From the IMG/VR virus record IMGVR_UViG_3300013132_000019: a stretch of DNA of 64,000 nt; one strand, written 5' to 3'. A model generated the notes under the pieces. The model did not search any database and was not told the origin of the DNA. It saw only the letters and a program-made list of their open reading frames with translations. Positions 19,694 to 28,876 of this stretch are shown piece after piece. The DNA comes from a virus. Taxonomy: Duplodnaviria > Heunggongvirae > Uroviricota > Caudoviricetes. The translations under genes were made by a program, and so were the position numbers. How positions within the stretch are numbered: position 1 is the first letter of the stretch; each line of letters opens with the position of its first letter.

Positions 19694-19750
19694 TGCACAA
19701 ATATACAAAATATATTTTAATTAAACAAAATTTTCCCCATATTTATTATT

Positions 19751-20191
19751 ATGGGCGTTAACCGAATTAGACATATATTAAAGGAAAATTTAAAAAAAAC
19801 TGAATCTTATGGTCGAACAGAATCTTTTAATGATTTTGTTCAATACTGTAAAGATTACTTAGAATTAACTGATTTACCTAAAATAGAATTAACAAAAGAC
19901 AAGTCTAAAACTAAGACTTATGCGCATAATGACATTGTTAATGATGAAATTGTCGTTTATATGGGTAATCGTAGTCTGGGCGATGTTATGAGAAGTCTTG
20001 CCCATGAGTTGGTTCATTATCAACAAAAACAAAACGGTAAGCTAAAAAACGATGGTACTGATGGTGAAACTGGTTCAGACATCGAAAATGAAGCTAATGC
20101 TATTGCTGGTATCATTATGAGAACCTATGGTCAGGATAACCCACATATATTTGAATCAATCGAAAAAATCAAACCAATTATCACCAATTAA
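19751..20191 (+). CDS. putative zinc metallopeptidase-like protein with an HExxH motif (146 aa)
   Basis: HELVHYQQ. One of the few plus-strand genes. Confidence 0.45.
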   Translation: MGVNRIRHILKENLKKTESYGRTESFNDFVQYCKDYLELTDLPKIELTKDKSKTKTYAHNDIVNDEIVVYMGNRSLGDVMRSLAHELVHYQQKQNGKLKNDGTDGETGSDIENEANAIAGIIMRTYGQDNPHIFESIEKIKPIITN

Positions 20192-20500
20192 GTTTTGTTC
20201 AACGAATTGACGTAATTGGAAATCATTCAAAAAATATTTGATTTCATAGTGCCGATTTGACAAATAAATGGTTAATTTAGCCTTGTTTACTAAATATGGT
20301 TTATCATCATCACTATATTTAACAGTAAACTTATTGTGATTTTCGGCTTCCTCTAAAGTATAAGAGTTGTAACCATTACTAAAAGCACCATCTTTAATTG
20401 TTAAACCAAAAATGTTAATAGGTTTAAACCAAGAATATTCTTCGTTGTTATGTTCTTTTTCAATTTCACATTTAACAACATGATTTTTGTTAATTTTCAT
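20156..20500 (-). CDS. hypothetical protein (114 aa)
   Basis: ORF convergent with the plus-strand gene, overlapping its 3' end by 36 nt. Confidence 0.4.
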   Translation of the reverse strand: MKINKNHVVKCEIEKEHNNEEYSWFKPINIFGLTIKDGAFSNGYNSYTLEEAENHNKFTVKYSDDDKPYLVNKAKLTIYLSNRHYEIKYFLNDFQLRQFVEQNLIGDNWFDFFD

Positions 20501-20697
20501 TTTTTTAGTGGTCTTAAAATGTTAAAAATGTCGATTATCTGCAATATCTCCAGAAAAGATTTTAAATCGGCTTTGGCCAATTTTCGAAAAAATACAACTC
20601 TTTCATCAATCGGTCTTTTTGTGAAAGATTGAATTATTTCGTCATCAGTGACCTCAAACTTTAATTGTATACCGTTAATATTCCGTTCTATTTCCAT
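20497..20697 (-). CDS. hypothetical protein (66 aa)
   Basis: ORF. Confidence 0.35.
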   Translation of the reverse strand: MEIERNINGIQLKFEVTDDEIIQSFTKRPIDERVVFFRKLAKADLKSFLEILQIIDIFNILRPLKK

Positions 20698-20699
20698 TT

Positions 20700-20924
20700 T
20701 CAGTTAATATTATCAAAATTTTCAAATAGATTAATAGCAAATGCAATCGACATTGCCAAAGATATTACAAATATGTCAACTCTAGCGGTGAAAAGCGCGG
20801 AGTACGTAATGCCAGAAAATAGTAAGGCTAAAATTCCAAATATTGTTGTCATTGTCCCATAGTAATAATTTTTCAATTTACCACCTCTAAATTTCAGCCA
20901 CTTATCAAATTTTGGAAACATCAT
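20700..20924 (-). CDS. small membrane protein with two TM helices (74 aa)
   Basis: Hydrophobic segments ILALLFSGITYSALF and FVISLAMSIAFAI. Confidence 0.4.
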   Translation of the reverse strand: MMFPKFDKWLKFRGGKLKNYYYGTMTTIFGILALLFSGITYSALFTARVDIFVISLAMSIAFAINLFENFDNIN

Positions 20925-21472
20925 TGCTCATATTTTGGAAAAAAATGTACATCGAATGATTTACCTCTGGTTTCACCACCCATATTATCTATTTCTTCAC
21001 CGTTATAAGTAACCTCATTGACAATTTCATGACCGACAGATAAGTCTTGTCCCTCATCTTCGATTAGAATGTCTTTTAACGTCAATTTAATATTTTCAAT
21101 GTCAAATTCGTCATCGTCACCCAATTCAATTGTACCGTCAAAAAACAATCCCTTTTCACTATTTAAACAAACTATTATATTATCTTCGGTTGGTTCAAAA
21201 TACAATTCATCCAAGTCAAATGGGTCTCCATTCAACTCACCTAATTCACCTTCATATATCACTTCATCAGTATCAACATCGATTACTTCAATAACAGCAC
21301 CATCTGGATGTACACCATAAGCATGTACTAAATCGTCCATTTCGTACCATTCTAAATTTTGGATACCGTTTTCACTATCATAATCCAACATATTCATGTA
21401 AGCATCATCTGATAATGTACCAGCAGTTAATTCACCCCCATAACCATAAATTTTAATTCTAATTGTTCTCAT
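20921..21472 (-). CDS. hypothetical acidic protein (183 aa)
   Basis: ORF, rich in D/E. Confidence 0.5.
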   Translation of the reverse strand: MRTIRIKIYGYGGELTAGTLSDDAYMNMLDYDSENGIQNLEWYEMDDLVHAYGVHPDGAVIEVIDVDTDEVIYEGELGELNGDPFDLDELYFEPTEDNIIVCLNSEKGLFFDGTIELGDDDEFDIENIKLTLKDILIEDEGQDLSVGHEIVNEVTYNGEEIDNMGGETRGKSFDVHFFPKYEQ

Positions 21473-21488
21473 ATTTTAAAATAATTAA

Positions 21489-21671
21489 TTAATCAAAAAG
21501 TGTATCAATCCTAACTATTGAGTCATATTGATATCGGTACAAATATTTTGTTTGTAACAAATCATCTAACTCAAATAGTCTTTCAGCTTCAATATCCATA
21601 TGGTCTAGAGTTGTTCTTTCTTTGTCCTTATAGAAATGTACTCGCCAAGTTTTAATTTTTTTTTCTACCAT
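21489..21671 (-). CDS. hypothetical protein (60 aa)
   Basis: ORF. Confidence 0.3.
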   Translation of the reverse strand: MVEKKIKTWRVHFYKDKERTTLDHMDIEAERLFELDDLLQTKYLYRYQYDSIVRIDTLFD

Positions 21672-21853
21672 TTGTCAACGTCTGTTAAGTCCAATTCAGT
21701 TTTAGTTAAATGTGAACGCACTTTTACAGCCGTTCCAATTCCGTTTGGTGTAAATATGAAATCATACAAGCCATATTTTCCAAATATTTCTTTTATTTTC
21801 TCTTGCCATTCTTTAAGTTTGACTTCTTGTTCTTCGACTAATTTAAACTCCAT
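21665..21853 (-). CDS. hypothetical protein (62 aa)
   Basis: ORF. Confidence 0.3.
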   Translation of the reverse strand: MEFKLVEEQEVKLKEWQEKIKEIFGKYGLYDFIFTPNGIGTAVKVRSHLTKTELDLTDVDKW

Positions 21854-22299
21854 TACTTTAATATTTTTGTTTCTCCTAAATATGCGGCACTTACGCCATT
21901 TTCATTTATAACACAGAATTCTGCCGATAAGACTTCCAACCTATTAATTGTTAAATTATCACAAAAAAAACCATGTTTATTAAATGGGTCATATTCAATT
22001 TTTGCTGGTAGTTTATCAATTGCCGTTGTACCCATACCAGATTTTCTCAAGTAGCCAACAATAAAGGCGTGAACATTTCTTTGTTGTTCTTTGATGGCTC
22101 TCTTTTTACCAGATTGGTTAATTAAAAATCTAGGTTTTGACAAACATAATCTTTGTGCGTGAGCAACGACCAGATTATCTTGTTTAATTGAGTACCATTT
22201 ACCTTTTTTATGTAGGTTTCGATAAACTTTAATTGGCTTATCGATATCTATTGACCTATTTTTAAAGGATATGATTATATTATCATTGGCTTCTATCAT
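21853..22299 (-). CDS. hypothetical protein (start corrected to MIEANDN; the track extends to 22314)
   Basis: The MYICIM N-terminus is the promoter box read in frame. TATATTTG sits 4 nt before the ATG at 22299. Confidence 0.45.
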   Translation of the reverse strand: MIEANDNIIISFKNRSIDIDKPIKVYRNLHKKGKWYSIKQDNLVVAHAQRLCLSKPRFLINQSGKKRAIKEQQRNVHAFIVGYLRKSGMGTTAIDKLPAKIEYDPFNKHGFFCDNLTINRLEVLSAEFCVINENGVSAAYLGETKILK

Positions 22300-22316
22300 A
22301 ATGCAAATATACAAAA

Positions 22317-22916
22317 TTAAATAGGTAATACAACGTTTTCTAACGCTTTTTTTGAAATGTGTGTGTATATTTCTGTAGTTTTTGATGATGAGTGCCCTGC
22401 TATCACTTGAATTGTCCGAAGGTTTGTTCCGTTCTCCAACAAATTAGTAAAACATGAATGTCTCAGGCTATGGAATGACTTATCATTATCAATATATTTT
22501 TTAAATATTCTTTGACAAGAACCTACTGAATATGCTAATGTGAGGATTGTTCTATGTTTAATATTTGTGATTGTTTCAATTTTTTGTTTTAGAACATCAC
22601 CGTCAATAACACGAGGTAGTTTCTTTTCTTTTTTAGGACGTTTGAAACTTACTTTATCATATTTTTTGTTCAAACCGTACTTATATAAGAACCTGATTGC
22701 GTTGATAACTTGGTTTTGTTGTGATATAGACGTGAATTTATAATTATCAATGAAATATTGGAAATGTTTTGAATTACAATGGATTATTTGTATATCGTTT
22801 AAACTATCTAAAAATTGCTTGATATAGCATAGATATATATCACTAGTTCTTTTCGAGTAATTCAAAAATATAAACTTTTCAGTGCAAATCTTTATAATTT
22901 TTTGGTTTTTAGCCAT
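22317..22916 (-). CDS. small tyrosine recombinase (phage integrase / XerC-XerD family), 199 aa
   Basis: C-terminal LRHSCFTNLLENGTNLRTIQVIAGHSSSKTTEIYTH matches the R..H..R...GH...T..Y catalytic signature. Confidence 0.65.
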   Translation of the reverse strand: MAKNQKIIKICTEKFIFLNYSKRTSDIYLCYIKQFLDSLNDIQIIHCNSKHFQYFIDNYKFTSISQQNQVINAIRFLYKYGLNKKYDKVSFKRPKKEKKLPRVIDGDVLKQKIETITNIKHRTILTLAYSVGSCQRIFKKYIDNDKSFHSLRHSCFTNLLENGTNLRTIQVIAGHSSSKTTEIYTHISKKALENVVLPI

Positions 22917-22978
22917 ATAACTTATTGATAATTAATTGATTATAAATTATTACATATATATACTAGTTAGGCGTAATG

Positions 22979-23176
22979 CTACAAACGCCTGAATCTAATC
23001 GTGTAAACTATTTGGTCAATTAGTTGCCAACCAAATGAACCGATTGAAAAACTAATCCAATCATTTGTTTTGAACCCGAAGTGCCATACTAAAAATGCCA
23101 CAGAGCAAAGTATTACACTAATTGTTAATCTTTCATACCATCTAATTTGTATCATATTTTTTTGATTTAAAAGCAC
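22979..23176 (-). CDS. small hydrophobic protein (65 aa)
   Basis: ORF with two hydrophobic segments. Confidence 0.3.
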   Translation of the reverse strand: MLLNQKNMIQIRWYERLTISVILCSVAFLVWHFGFKTNDWISFSIGSFGWQLIDQIVYTIRFRRL

Positions 23177-23317
23177 ATACGCCTAACAATATGTATAAAA
23201 TATAGGCTGTTTTAGTGCAGGTTTATACTTTTCTACTTTCTATTTAATTTTGTGTAGGTTGATAAGGCAGTAGTTCCTATCCGCCTACATTTCATACATT
23301 TAACGTTAGCACCAATT

Positions 23318-23542
23318 TTAGCGAACCTTATCATCACGTTTAGCCGTGAACCGTACATCACCATCTAAATAACTGATAGCATTCCAAAGGTCTTCTAAAA
23401 CAATAGTGCCTAATGGTAACAAATTACCTTTACCATCTTTTAATCCCGAAAGATAGATGGCTAATGATTTTAGCGATTCTGTGCCTACTTTTACTTTTTC
23501 TTGAACTGGTTGATTTTCCATAATAAAAACTGGTGCTAACAT
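23318..23542 (-). CDS. hypothetical protein (74 aa)
   Basis: ORF. Confidence 0.4.
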   Translation of the reverse strand: MLAPVFIMENQPVQEKVKVGTESLKSLAIYLSGLKDGKGNLLPLGTIVLEDLWNAISYLDGDVRFTAKRDDKVR

Positions 23543-23675
23543 TGGTTTTACGCAAGTGGGGGTTAGCGTTTAAACCCAGCTTACGTGCTTTTAATAATCT
23601 TTTGTGCAGGTTGAAAGTTTTGTGCTATTTAGCCCCACCTACGTAAAGCCAAATAACGTTATAAGTAATAAAATA

Positions 23676-23850
23676 AAAATTATCTATATCTTTCTTTCAT
23701 AATGCGTTGTTCTGTTTCTAAACTTTCTTTAAACCATTTAGATAAAAAAAATCTTTCCTTATCTGTCAATGTATTTATTTCAGTTATTGTCATTTTACCA
23801 ATTTTCATCAGTATAAACATTTCTTCCGATTTTTTTTGTTCTTCGTCCAT
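23676..23850 (-). CDS. hypothetical small protein (about 58 aa, below the track cutoff): MDEEQKKSEEMFILMKIGKMTITEINTLTDKERFFLSKWFKESLETEQRIMKERYR
   Basis: Translated by hand. It fills a gap in a region with its own repeat motifs. Confidence 0.3.
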
Positions 23851-23958
23851 ATTTTTATTTTTTAATTTGTATAATTTTTATTTTACATACTTATAACAGC
23901 GTATAAAAAACATTAAAACGATTTTTTATACACAAAACGTTAGCAGAAATAAAATTGC

Positions 23959-24162
23959 CTACCCAACCTTTGTACACTCATCAAGGAAGCAATTATCATT
24001 CGTTTCTTCAAACCAAACTACCTTACCAATAATGTGCTGTACTGTTAAGATAGGCTTAGTTCCTTTATCAATTCTTACTTTATCACCAACGGCAATTTTA
24101 CTATCTGCTAACACGGGCTTTGCATCAGCAGGGGTTTGGTTGTTTAAATTTACTTTTGTCAT
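23959..24162 (-). CDS. hypothetical protein (67 aa)
   Basis: ORF. Confidence 0.4.
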   Translation of the reverse strand: MTKVNLNNQTPADAKPVLADSKIAVGDKVRIDKGTKPILTVQHIIGKVVWFEETNDNCFLDECTKVG

Positions 24163-24263
24163 ATTATGAAATTTTAGTTTTTCAAATCAAGTTTAGTGCT
24201 TCTAAGCCCTGCCGAACGCAAAGCCCGAAAACGTTATAAGTAATGTTTAAATTTTTATGAATT

Positions 24264-24626
24264 TTATATTCGTTCCTCAAAATATTCATCCGTTTCACTT
24301 CCACTATCTTCCCAAGGTGTATGATTCCCTACAAATTCATCATCAAATCCCCAATCATTAAATCCATCAAACCTTTCTTCTAATGTTGGTTCATTCATTT
24401 TTTTCAATAGGAAATCAACAAAGTTTAAGCAGTCAATAATATTCCCATAAACTTTTGTATTAGGATGAATATTGTTTCGTTGAAGTTTTTGATACATTGT
24501 TTCGTTATCAGTAACTTCATCTTCGTAAAAATTAATCCAACGATGACCATCACCGTAATCAAAGTTAACTCCAAGTCGAGATGCACTCAACAATCTTTTT
24601 GTAGTTCTATTTATCATATTAATCAT
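24264..24626 (-). CDS. hypothetical protein (120 aa)
   Basis: ORF. Confidence 0.45.
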   Translation of the reverse strand: MINMINRTTKRLLSASRLGVNFDYGDGHRWINFYEDEVTDNETMYQKLQRNNIHPNTKVYGNIIDCLNFVDFLLKKMNEPTLEERFDGFNDWGFDDEFVGNHTPWEDSGSETDEYFEERI

Positions 24627-24718
24627 TTTTTATAAGGTATAAAAATTTAAACACATACTTATAACAAAGTGTAAAAAACATTAAAACGATTTTTTACACT
24701 CAACCGTTATAAAACATT

Positions 24719-24991
24719 TCATTTAACAATTTTCATAACCCTCCAATGTCCCTTAATTGTTCTAACATCAAAAGTATATTCGTTATAAATTGGATGTATT
24801 GATGTAATTACCTTCCATTCTCTACCATACCAAGATAGGACATTATATTTCTTAATGATTCGTATGATTTCACTTTCAATAATATCTTTCCATTCTGTAA
24901 ATGACTCAAAAATAATCGAATCAATTAAATTATTAATTTCGGTTTGGAGTAAATCCCATCTTTGTTTTACTCTTTCTTTTTTTTTACTCAT
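24719..24991 (-). CDS. hypothetical protein (90 aa)
   Basis: ORF. Confidence 0.45.
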   Translation of the reverse strand: MSKKKERVKQRWDLLQTEINNLIDSIIFESFTEWKDIIESEIIRIIKKYNVLSWYGREWKVITSIHPIYNEYTFDVRTIKGHWRVMKIVK

Positions 24992-25036
24992 ATTATTTTA
25001 ATTTATGAAACGTTTTATAACAAATATTATAAGTAA

Positions 25037-25216
25037 TTACACGAGTAATGATTTGTAATGTGTAAAAAATTCATACCCATCATTAAAGTCGTTATCCCCA
25101 CCAACAACTTTACAATAAATTGTGTCATCTTCTGTGAAATAATATAATACATTTAATACGTGCGCTCCAATTTGAACAACACCTTTCTTTCCATTTGTTT
25201 CAAAATAAGTTTCCAT
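25037..25216 (-). CDS. hypothetical small protein (59 aa, below the track cutoff)
   Basis: Translated by hand: METYFETNGKKGVVQIGAHVLNVLYYFTEDDTIYCKVVGGDNDFNDGYEFFTHYKSLLV. Confidence 0.3.
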   Translation of the reverse strand: METYFETNGKKGVVQIGAHVLNVLYYFTEDDTIYCKVVGGDNDFNDGYEFFTHYKSLLV

Positions 25217-25564
25217 AATGAATTTTTTAATTGTTTGTAACTACTTATAACAAGGTGTATATGTAATTTCCTTGTCTTTCTATTATACGTATTTGGTTAG
25301 GTAAATGCTCTCATATCTTTTTATTTTAACTAATTTATAACAACAAATATAAGAAATAAATTTTGAAATAAAAAATTTACTTCCCATATTTGCAACCGTT
25401 AGCGACAATTTAACCACTTCGCTAACAACTCTGCTTGTTTATCACTAATTTCAAACTCTACAGTACTATTTTGAGTTTTCACCGTAAATTTTACTCCGTT
25501 ATCATTTTTCACTCCACCAACAACAGTTTCTACACTTCTAATTTTAAAACTGTCGCTTTTTTAA

Positions 25565-26611
25565 TTACAAAAAAACATTATCCGTTTTTTCAAAAAACCA
25601 CAATCTGGCTTTGGTTGATAATGCTGAACTAATGTCCTTTGGTTCAAAACCGTTGCCAGTTATTGTATCAAGTTCTTCTTTAACAACATCTTCAAATATC
25701 CAACGAAGATAATTACCAGTACTCTTTCGTGATATATCCATATGGTTTTCCCTAAGATAATCAAGCCCTTGATTTAACCTTGATTCAGTCAAAAAATTAT
25801 CAACCAGTGAATCTATATTGCTAACTCGTTCAATGTCAATTGGTACTTTGGTTTTGGTCTTACTGCTTTGGTGTTTCTCACCTTTAGATTTAAACCAAAA
25901 CCTAGAATCACCCCAACCTTCAGTAACACAAACAAATACCAAACCCTCACCAGTACCAGATACCCCAAAAGATTTACCAACTGGGCATTCATTCTCAACA
26001 CTATCAACGTAGTCAGAAATCAGTTCAGCCGATTCACTAACATTATTAAAATCAATGTCAATAACGAAAGTTGGGTAATCTAAAATGTTATATATCTTTT
26101 GCTCAGGAATTTTAATATTTTTTAATTCAGAGTCTTTCATCCATAAACCATCAATCTTAATCGCAAAAATAACAAACATTTTTTCAAGCTCGTTCAGGGC
26201 AACACCTTTTTGAATATTACCGCCACACCATTCACCATAGACTTGAATAATCTTATAATCAGAAACGCTACCGTTCCGTTTAATTAAATCGAATATTTTA
26301 TTAACATCGATGGTTGTAACAAATGTAGCAAACCCAGCATTATCTTTTAATGGCGTTATTATATTTGTTCTGGATTGAACTTGAGTTTTGATGTTACCAT
26401 GCTCATTTTTCAATCGAATTATTGACGCATTCGTACCATGTAATTTGATACTGCCACGAAATTTTAACGTTGGTAGAATGCCTTCAGTCTCATCATATAT
26501 TGGTTCACCACTCTCAGTTGTACCTCTAAATCTAATACGATGATTAACCTCCTTAATTACAGTTCTGAGCTGTTCAATTGAAGGGAATTTATAAACTTTT
26601 TCAGTCATCAT
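25565..26611 (-). CDS. RNA ligase, Rnl2 family (348 aa)
   Basis: Motif I KLHGTN corresponds to T4 Rnl2 KIHGTN. YGEWCGGNIQKG resembles Rnl2 FGEFAGPGIQK. Lys-rich motif V near KSKGEKHQSSK. Confidence 0.65.
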   Translation of the reverse strand: MMTEKVYKFPSIEQLRTVIKEVNHRIRFRGTTESGEPIYDETEGILPTLKFRGSIKLHGTNASIIRLKNEHGNIKTQVQSRTNIITPLKDNAGFATFVTTIDVNKIFDLIKRNGSVSDYKIIQVYGEWCGGNIQKGVALNELEKMFVIFAIKIDGLWMKDSELKNIKIPEQKIYNILDYPTFVIDIDFNNVSESAELISDYVDSVENECPVGKSFGVSGTGEGLVFVCVTEGWGDSRFWFKSKGEKHQSSKTKTKVPIDIERVSNIDSLVDNFLTESRLNQGLDYLRENHMDISRKSTGNYLRWIFEDVVKEELDTITGNGFEPKDISSALSTKARLWFFEKTDNVFL

Positions 26612-26622
26612 GATTAATCTTT

Positions 26623-26838
26623 TTAGTTGTACAAAAGTTCTATCAAGATTTTAAGGTCTTCATCTCTGTCAGATTCTTTTTTATATATGAAAGAATCATA
26701 TACATTATCTGTCTTGCTAATAACCATCTCTATCGAATACCCACCAACTTTACCCTTATATGGTCGCTCTTCGAGATTAATTTCTTTTGATTCCATTACG
26801 AAATTATTCAATGCCTGATTTTTAAACTGACTATTCAT
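26623..26838 (-). CDS. hypothetical protein (71 aa)
   Basis: ORF with a promoter box at 26867-26874. Confidence 0.4.
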   Translation of the reverse strand: MNSQFKNQALNNFVMESKEINLEERPYKGKVGGYSIEMVISKTDNVYDSFIYKKESDRDEDLKILIELLYN

Positions 26839-26874
26839 AGTTTTTTTTAATGAAACAAATATACAAATAAATTT

Positions 26875-27345
26875 TTAAACTGGCAAAAACCATTCAGGTG
26901 TTTCGCGATTTTTCCAATCACAAAAGGATTTTTTGTGAATTCGATAATATTCACGATATGAAGAAACTGCATCACCAATTTTGCATTCGTCTGGCATAGC
27001 CAAAGCAAATGGCGTGATATTACCATATTCAGGTAACTCAGGTAAATTAATCATGCACCATTCAAGAATGTCTTGGCTTTTGTGTCTTTTACCATATCGA
27101 TATGTGTACTCTTTACAAAGAGCAAGTCCTAAATCACAAAGCCAAACATAATTTTCAATACAGGTTCTTGCCCATATACTACATGGATGATTCTTATGCG
27201 ATAAACCATATGGTGCCGCACCGCCAGTCATCCAATGGACACCACACAAAATTTGGCTTGTTTCCAATATCATTTTTACGCAATGTTTGTCATTGTGATA
27301 TTGCGCACATTTGGTTGTATCCAAATCCAATACAAAAATATTCAT
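26875..27345 (-). CDS. hypothetical Cys/His-rich protein (156 aa)
   Basis: ORF. No family could be assigned with confidence. Confidence 0.45.
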   Translation of the reverse strand: MNIFVLDLDTTKCAQYHNDKHCVKMILETSQILCGVHWMTGGAAPYGLSHKNHPCSIWARTCIENYVWLCDLGLALCKEYTYRYGKRHKSQDILEWCMINLPELPEYGNITPFALAMPDECKIGDAVSSYREYYRIHKKSFCDWKNRETPEWFLPV

Positions 27346-27402
27346 GCTTATTTTTTTTTAGTTAGTTAAACAAAAATAAGAATAATATTTTAAACAACCA
27401 AA

Positions 27403-27630
27403 TTATTTTCCCAATATTTTGTCTCTGCTCCAGTTAACCCCACGTTCAAAGATTGCCGATTCTTTTAGATTTAACCCGCCAAATATTTGAGCCATTGAAA
27501 CTTCCTTATCTGTTGGTAATTTGGCTTTTTCTGTTAATAGAACAATAATTTCGTCAGCAATGGTGTTTGCTAAATTATCATCTTGAATGTGATTTGTTAA
27601 TATTGAAAGTAGTTCGTTTTTCATAATCAA
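27403..27630 (-). CDS. hypothetical protein (75 aa)
   Basis: ORF. Confidence 0.4.
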   Translation of the reverse strand: MIMKNELLSILTNHIQDDNLANTIADEIIVLLTEKAKLPTDKEVSMAQIFGGLNLKESAIFERGVNWSRDKILGK

Positions 27631-28155
27631 TTATTTTTTTCCGTACATTGCACTGTCTAAGTGCTTATTAAATGTTTTTGCCAAAGCAATTATTTCCCTA
27701 AGTTTAACACTATCAACTTCAGTACCGTCACGTTGCGCTTTAATTAAAAAACGGTTAACTCTAGCCCAAGCATTCTTAATATCATTAAGCGCCAACATCG
27801 CTGAATGTAATTCGGTCTTAACCCCATTGTTTTCAGCAATCAATGACTCGATTTTCGTCTTGCCAAACCACTTAGATTGTCTTTTTGCTTTAGCTTTTGG
27901 TTTGGTGTTATCATTGTCGATTGACAAATTATTATATGCATTTAATAAGTAATCATCGTTAAGAATTATTAAATCAAATACTTGATTAATAGATTGTAAA
28001 ATATTTTCTGGTAAGGTCTTTGACCCAATCATGGACTTAACCATTACCAAATCATGTGACTTTGTAAATGAATTTTTTAATAATTCATTAGATTCGATAA
28101 TAAATAAAACTTTATTTAAATCAAACTCAACGATATTTTCTTTTACTGAATCCAT
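27631..28155 (-). CDS. hypothetical protein (174 aa)
   Basis: ORF with a promoter box at 28180-28187. Confidence 0.5.
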   Translation of the reverse strand: MDSVKENIVEFDLNKVLFIIESNELLKNSFTKSHDLVMVKSMIGSKTLPENILQSINQVFDLIILNDDYLLNAYNNLSIDNDNTKPKAKAKRQSKWFGKTKIESLIAENNGVKTELHSAMLALNDIKNAWARVNRFLIKAQRDGTEVDSVKLREIIALAKTFNKHLDSAMYGKK

Positions 28156-28204
28156 AGTTCACGTTTTAAAGTTATGATACAAATATAAGAAAAAAAAATC
28201 GATA

Positions 28205-28630
28205 TTAACCAATTCCCAATATAGAGCGTATCTTAGCCAATTCTTCAATACTAAAAAGATATTGACCACCCTCGTCATTAGTTTCTTTATTTAATTTTTT
28301 TCTAAACAAAGAACGTTCAGTCGCTTGTTCACTAGGTGATAGATTATCGTAATTTGGGTTTAAAATTCTAATAACACCAGCTTGAGATGGGGCTGTTGGT
28401 TTCTTTTCTTTATTTAAATCGTTTTGAACATCAGTATACCATTTACTGAATTTTTTAGTGTCCTTCTCACCGATATCTTTTTTTTCATCTTCACCTATTA
28501 AATCCCTTATTGGCGTTTTAAGGTTCTTTTTTAAAGATTCGTAAAGGTGACTGATTTCAACGTCACAATTAACATTAATAGGTCGTAACCCCTCTTTTAA
28601 AATTTGAGCAATAAACTTCTTATCTTCCAT
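28205..28630 (-). CDS. hypothetical protein (141 aa)
   Basis: ORF. Confidence 0.5.
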   Translation of the reverse strand: MEDKKFIAQILKEGLRPINVNCDVEISHLYESLKKNLKTPIRDLIGEDEKKDIGEKDTKKFSKWYTDVQNDLNKEKKPTAPSQAGVIRILNPNYDNLSPSEQATERSLFRKKLNKETNDEGGQYLFSIEELAKIRSILGIG

Positions 28631-28665
28631 AATAATATACCTTTACATATAAATATGTTGAGTTC

Positions 28666-28872
28666 TTAGTTATTGCTCATTATTTTGGCTAATGTTTCAT
28701 CATCTAGATTTTTTGAGTTTAAATTAATATAAACATCCCCGTACCAACAGAATATTGTATCGCCAAAATATTTGTTTTTAAAGACTTTGCTAACAACTAA
28801 TTCATCGATATTCACATTTGCCAATATCGGATATGACTCGTTTGGGAATGTTATTAAAATAGTTTTTCGCAT
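28666..28872 (-). CDS. hypothetical protein (68 aa)
   Basis: ORF. Confidence 0.4.
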   Translation of the reverse strand: MRKTILITFPNESYPILANVNIDELVVSKVFKNKYFGDTIFCWYGDVYINLNSKNLDDETLAKIMSNN

Positions 28873-28876
28873 AAGA

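Noticed and set aside
19694-19708. N-terminal extensions MYICAM, MYICIM and MYICTM on ORFs ending at 19708, 22314 and 53330.
   Set aside because: They arise from reading the TATATTTG promoter box in frame. The starts were moved to the downstream ATG located 4 nt after the box.
25435-26083. Plus-strand ORFs 25435..25632, 25818..26012 and 25868..26083, and minus-strand 25813..26007, overlapping the Rnl2 gene or its upstream gap.
   Set aside because: They are nested within or antisense to the Rnl2 ORF, or lie in a gap with no promoter or start context. They have no supporting motif.
26875-27345. Possible pyrimidine-dimer DNA glycosylase (T4 endonuclease V-like) assignment for the 156-aa Cys/His-rich ORF.
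   Set aside because: The N-terminal similarity is too weak and the conserved E/R catalytic context is not recoverable by eye. It is left as hypothetical.
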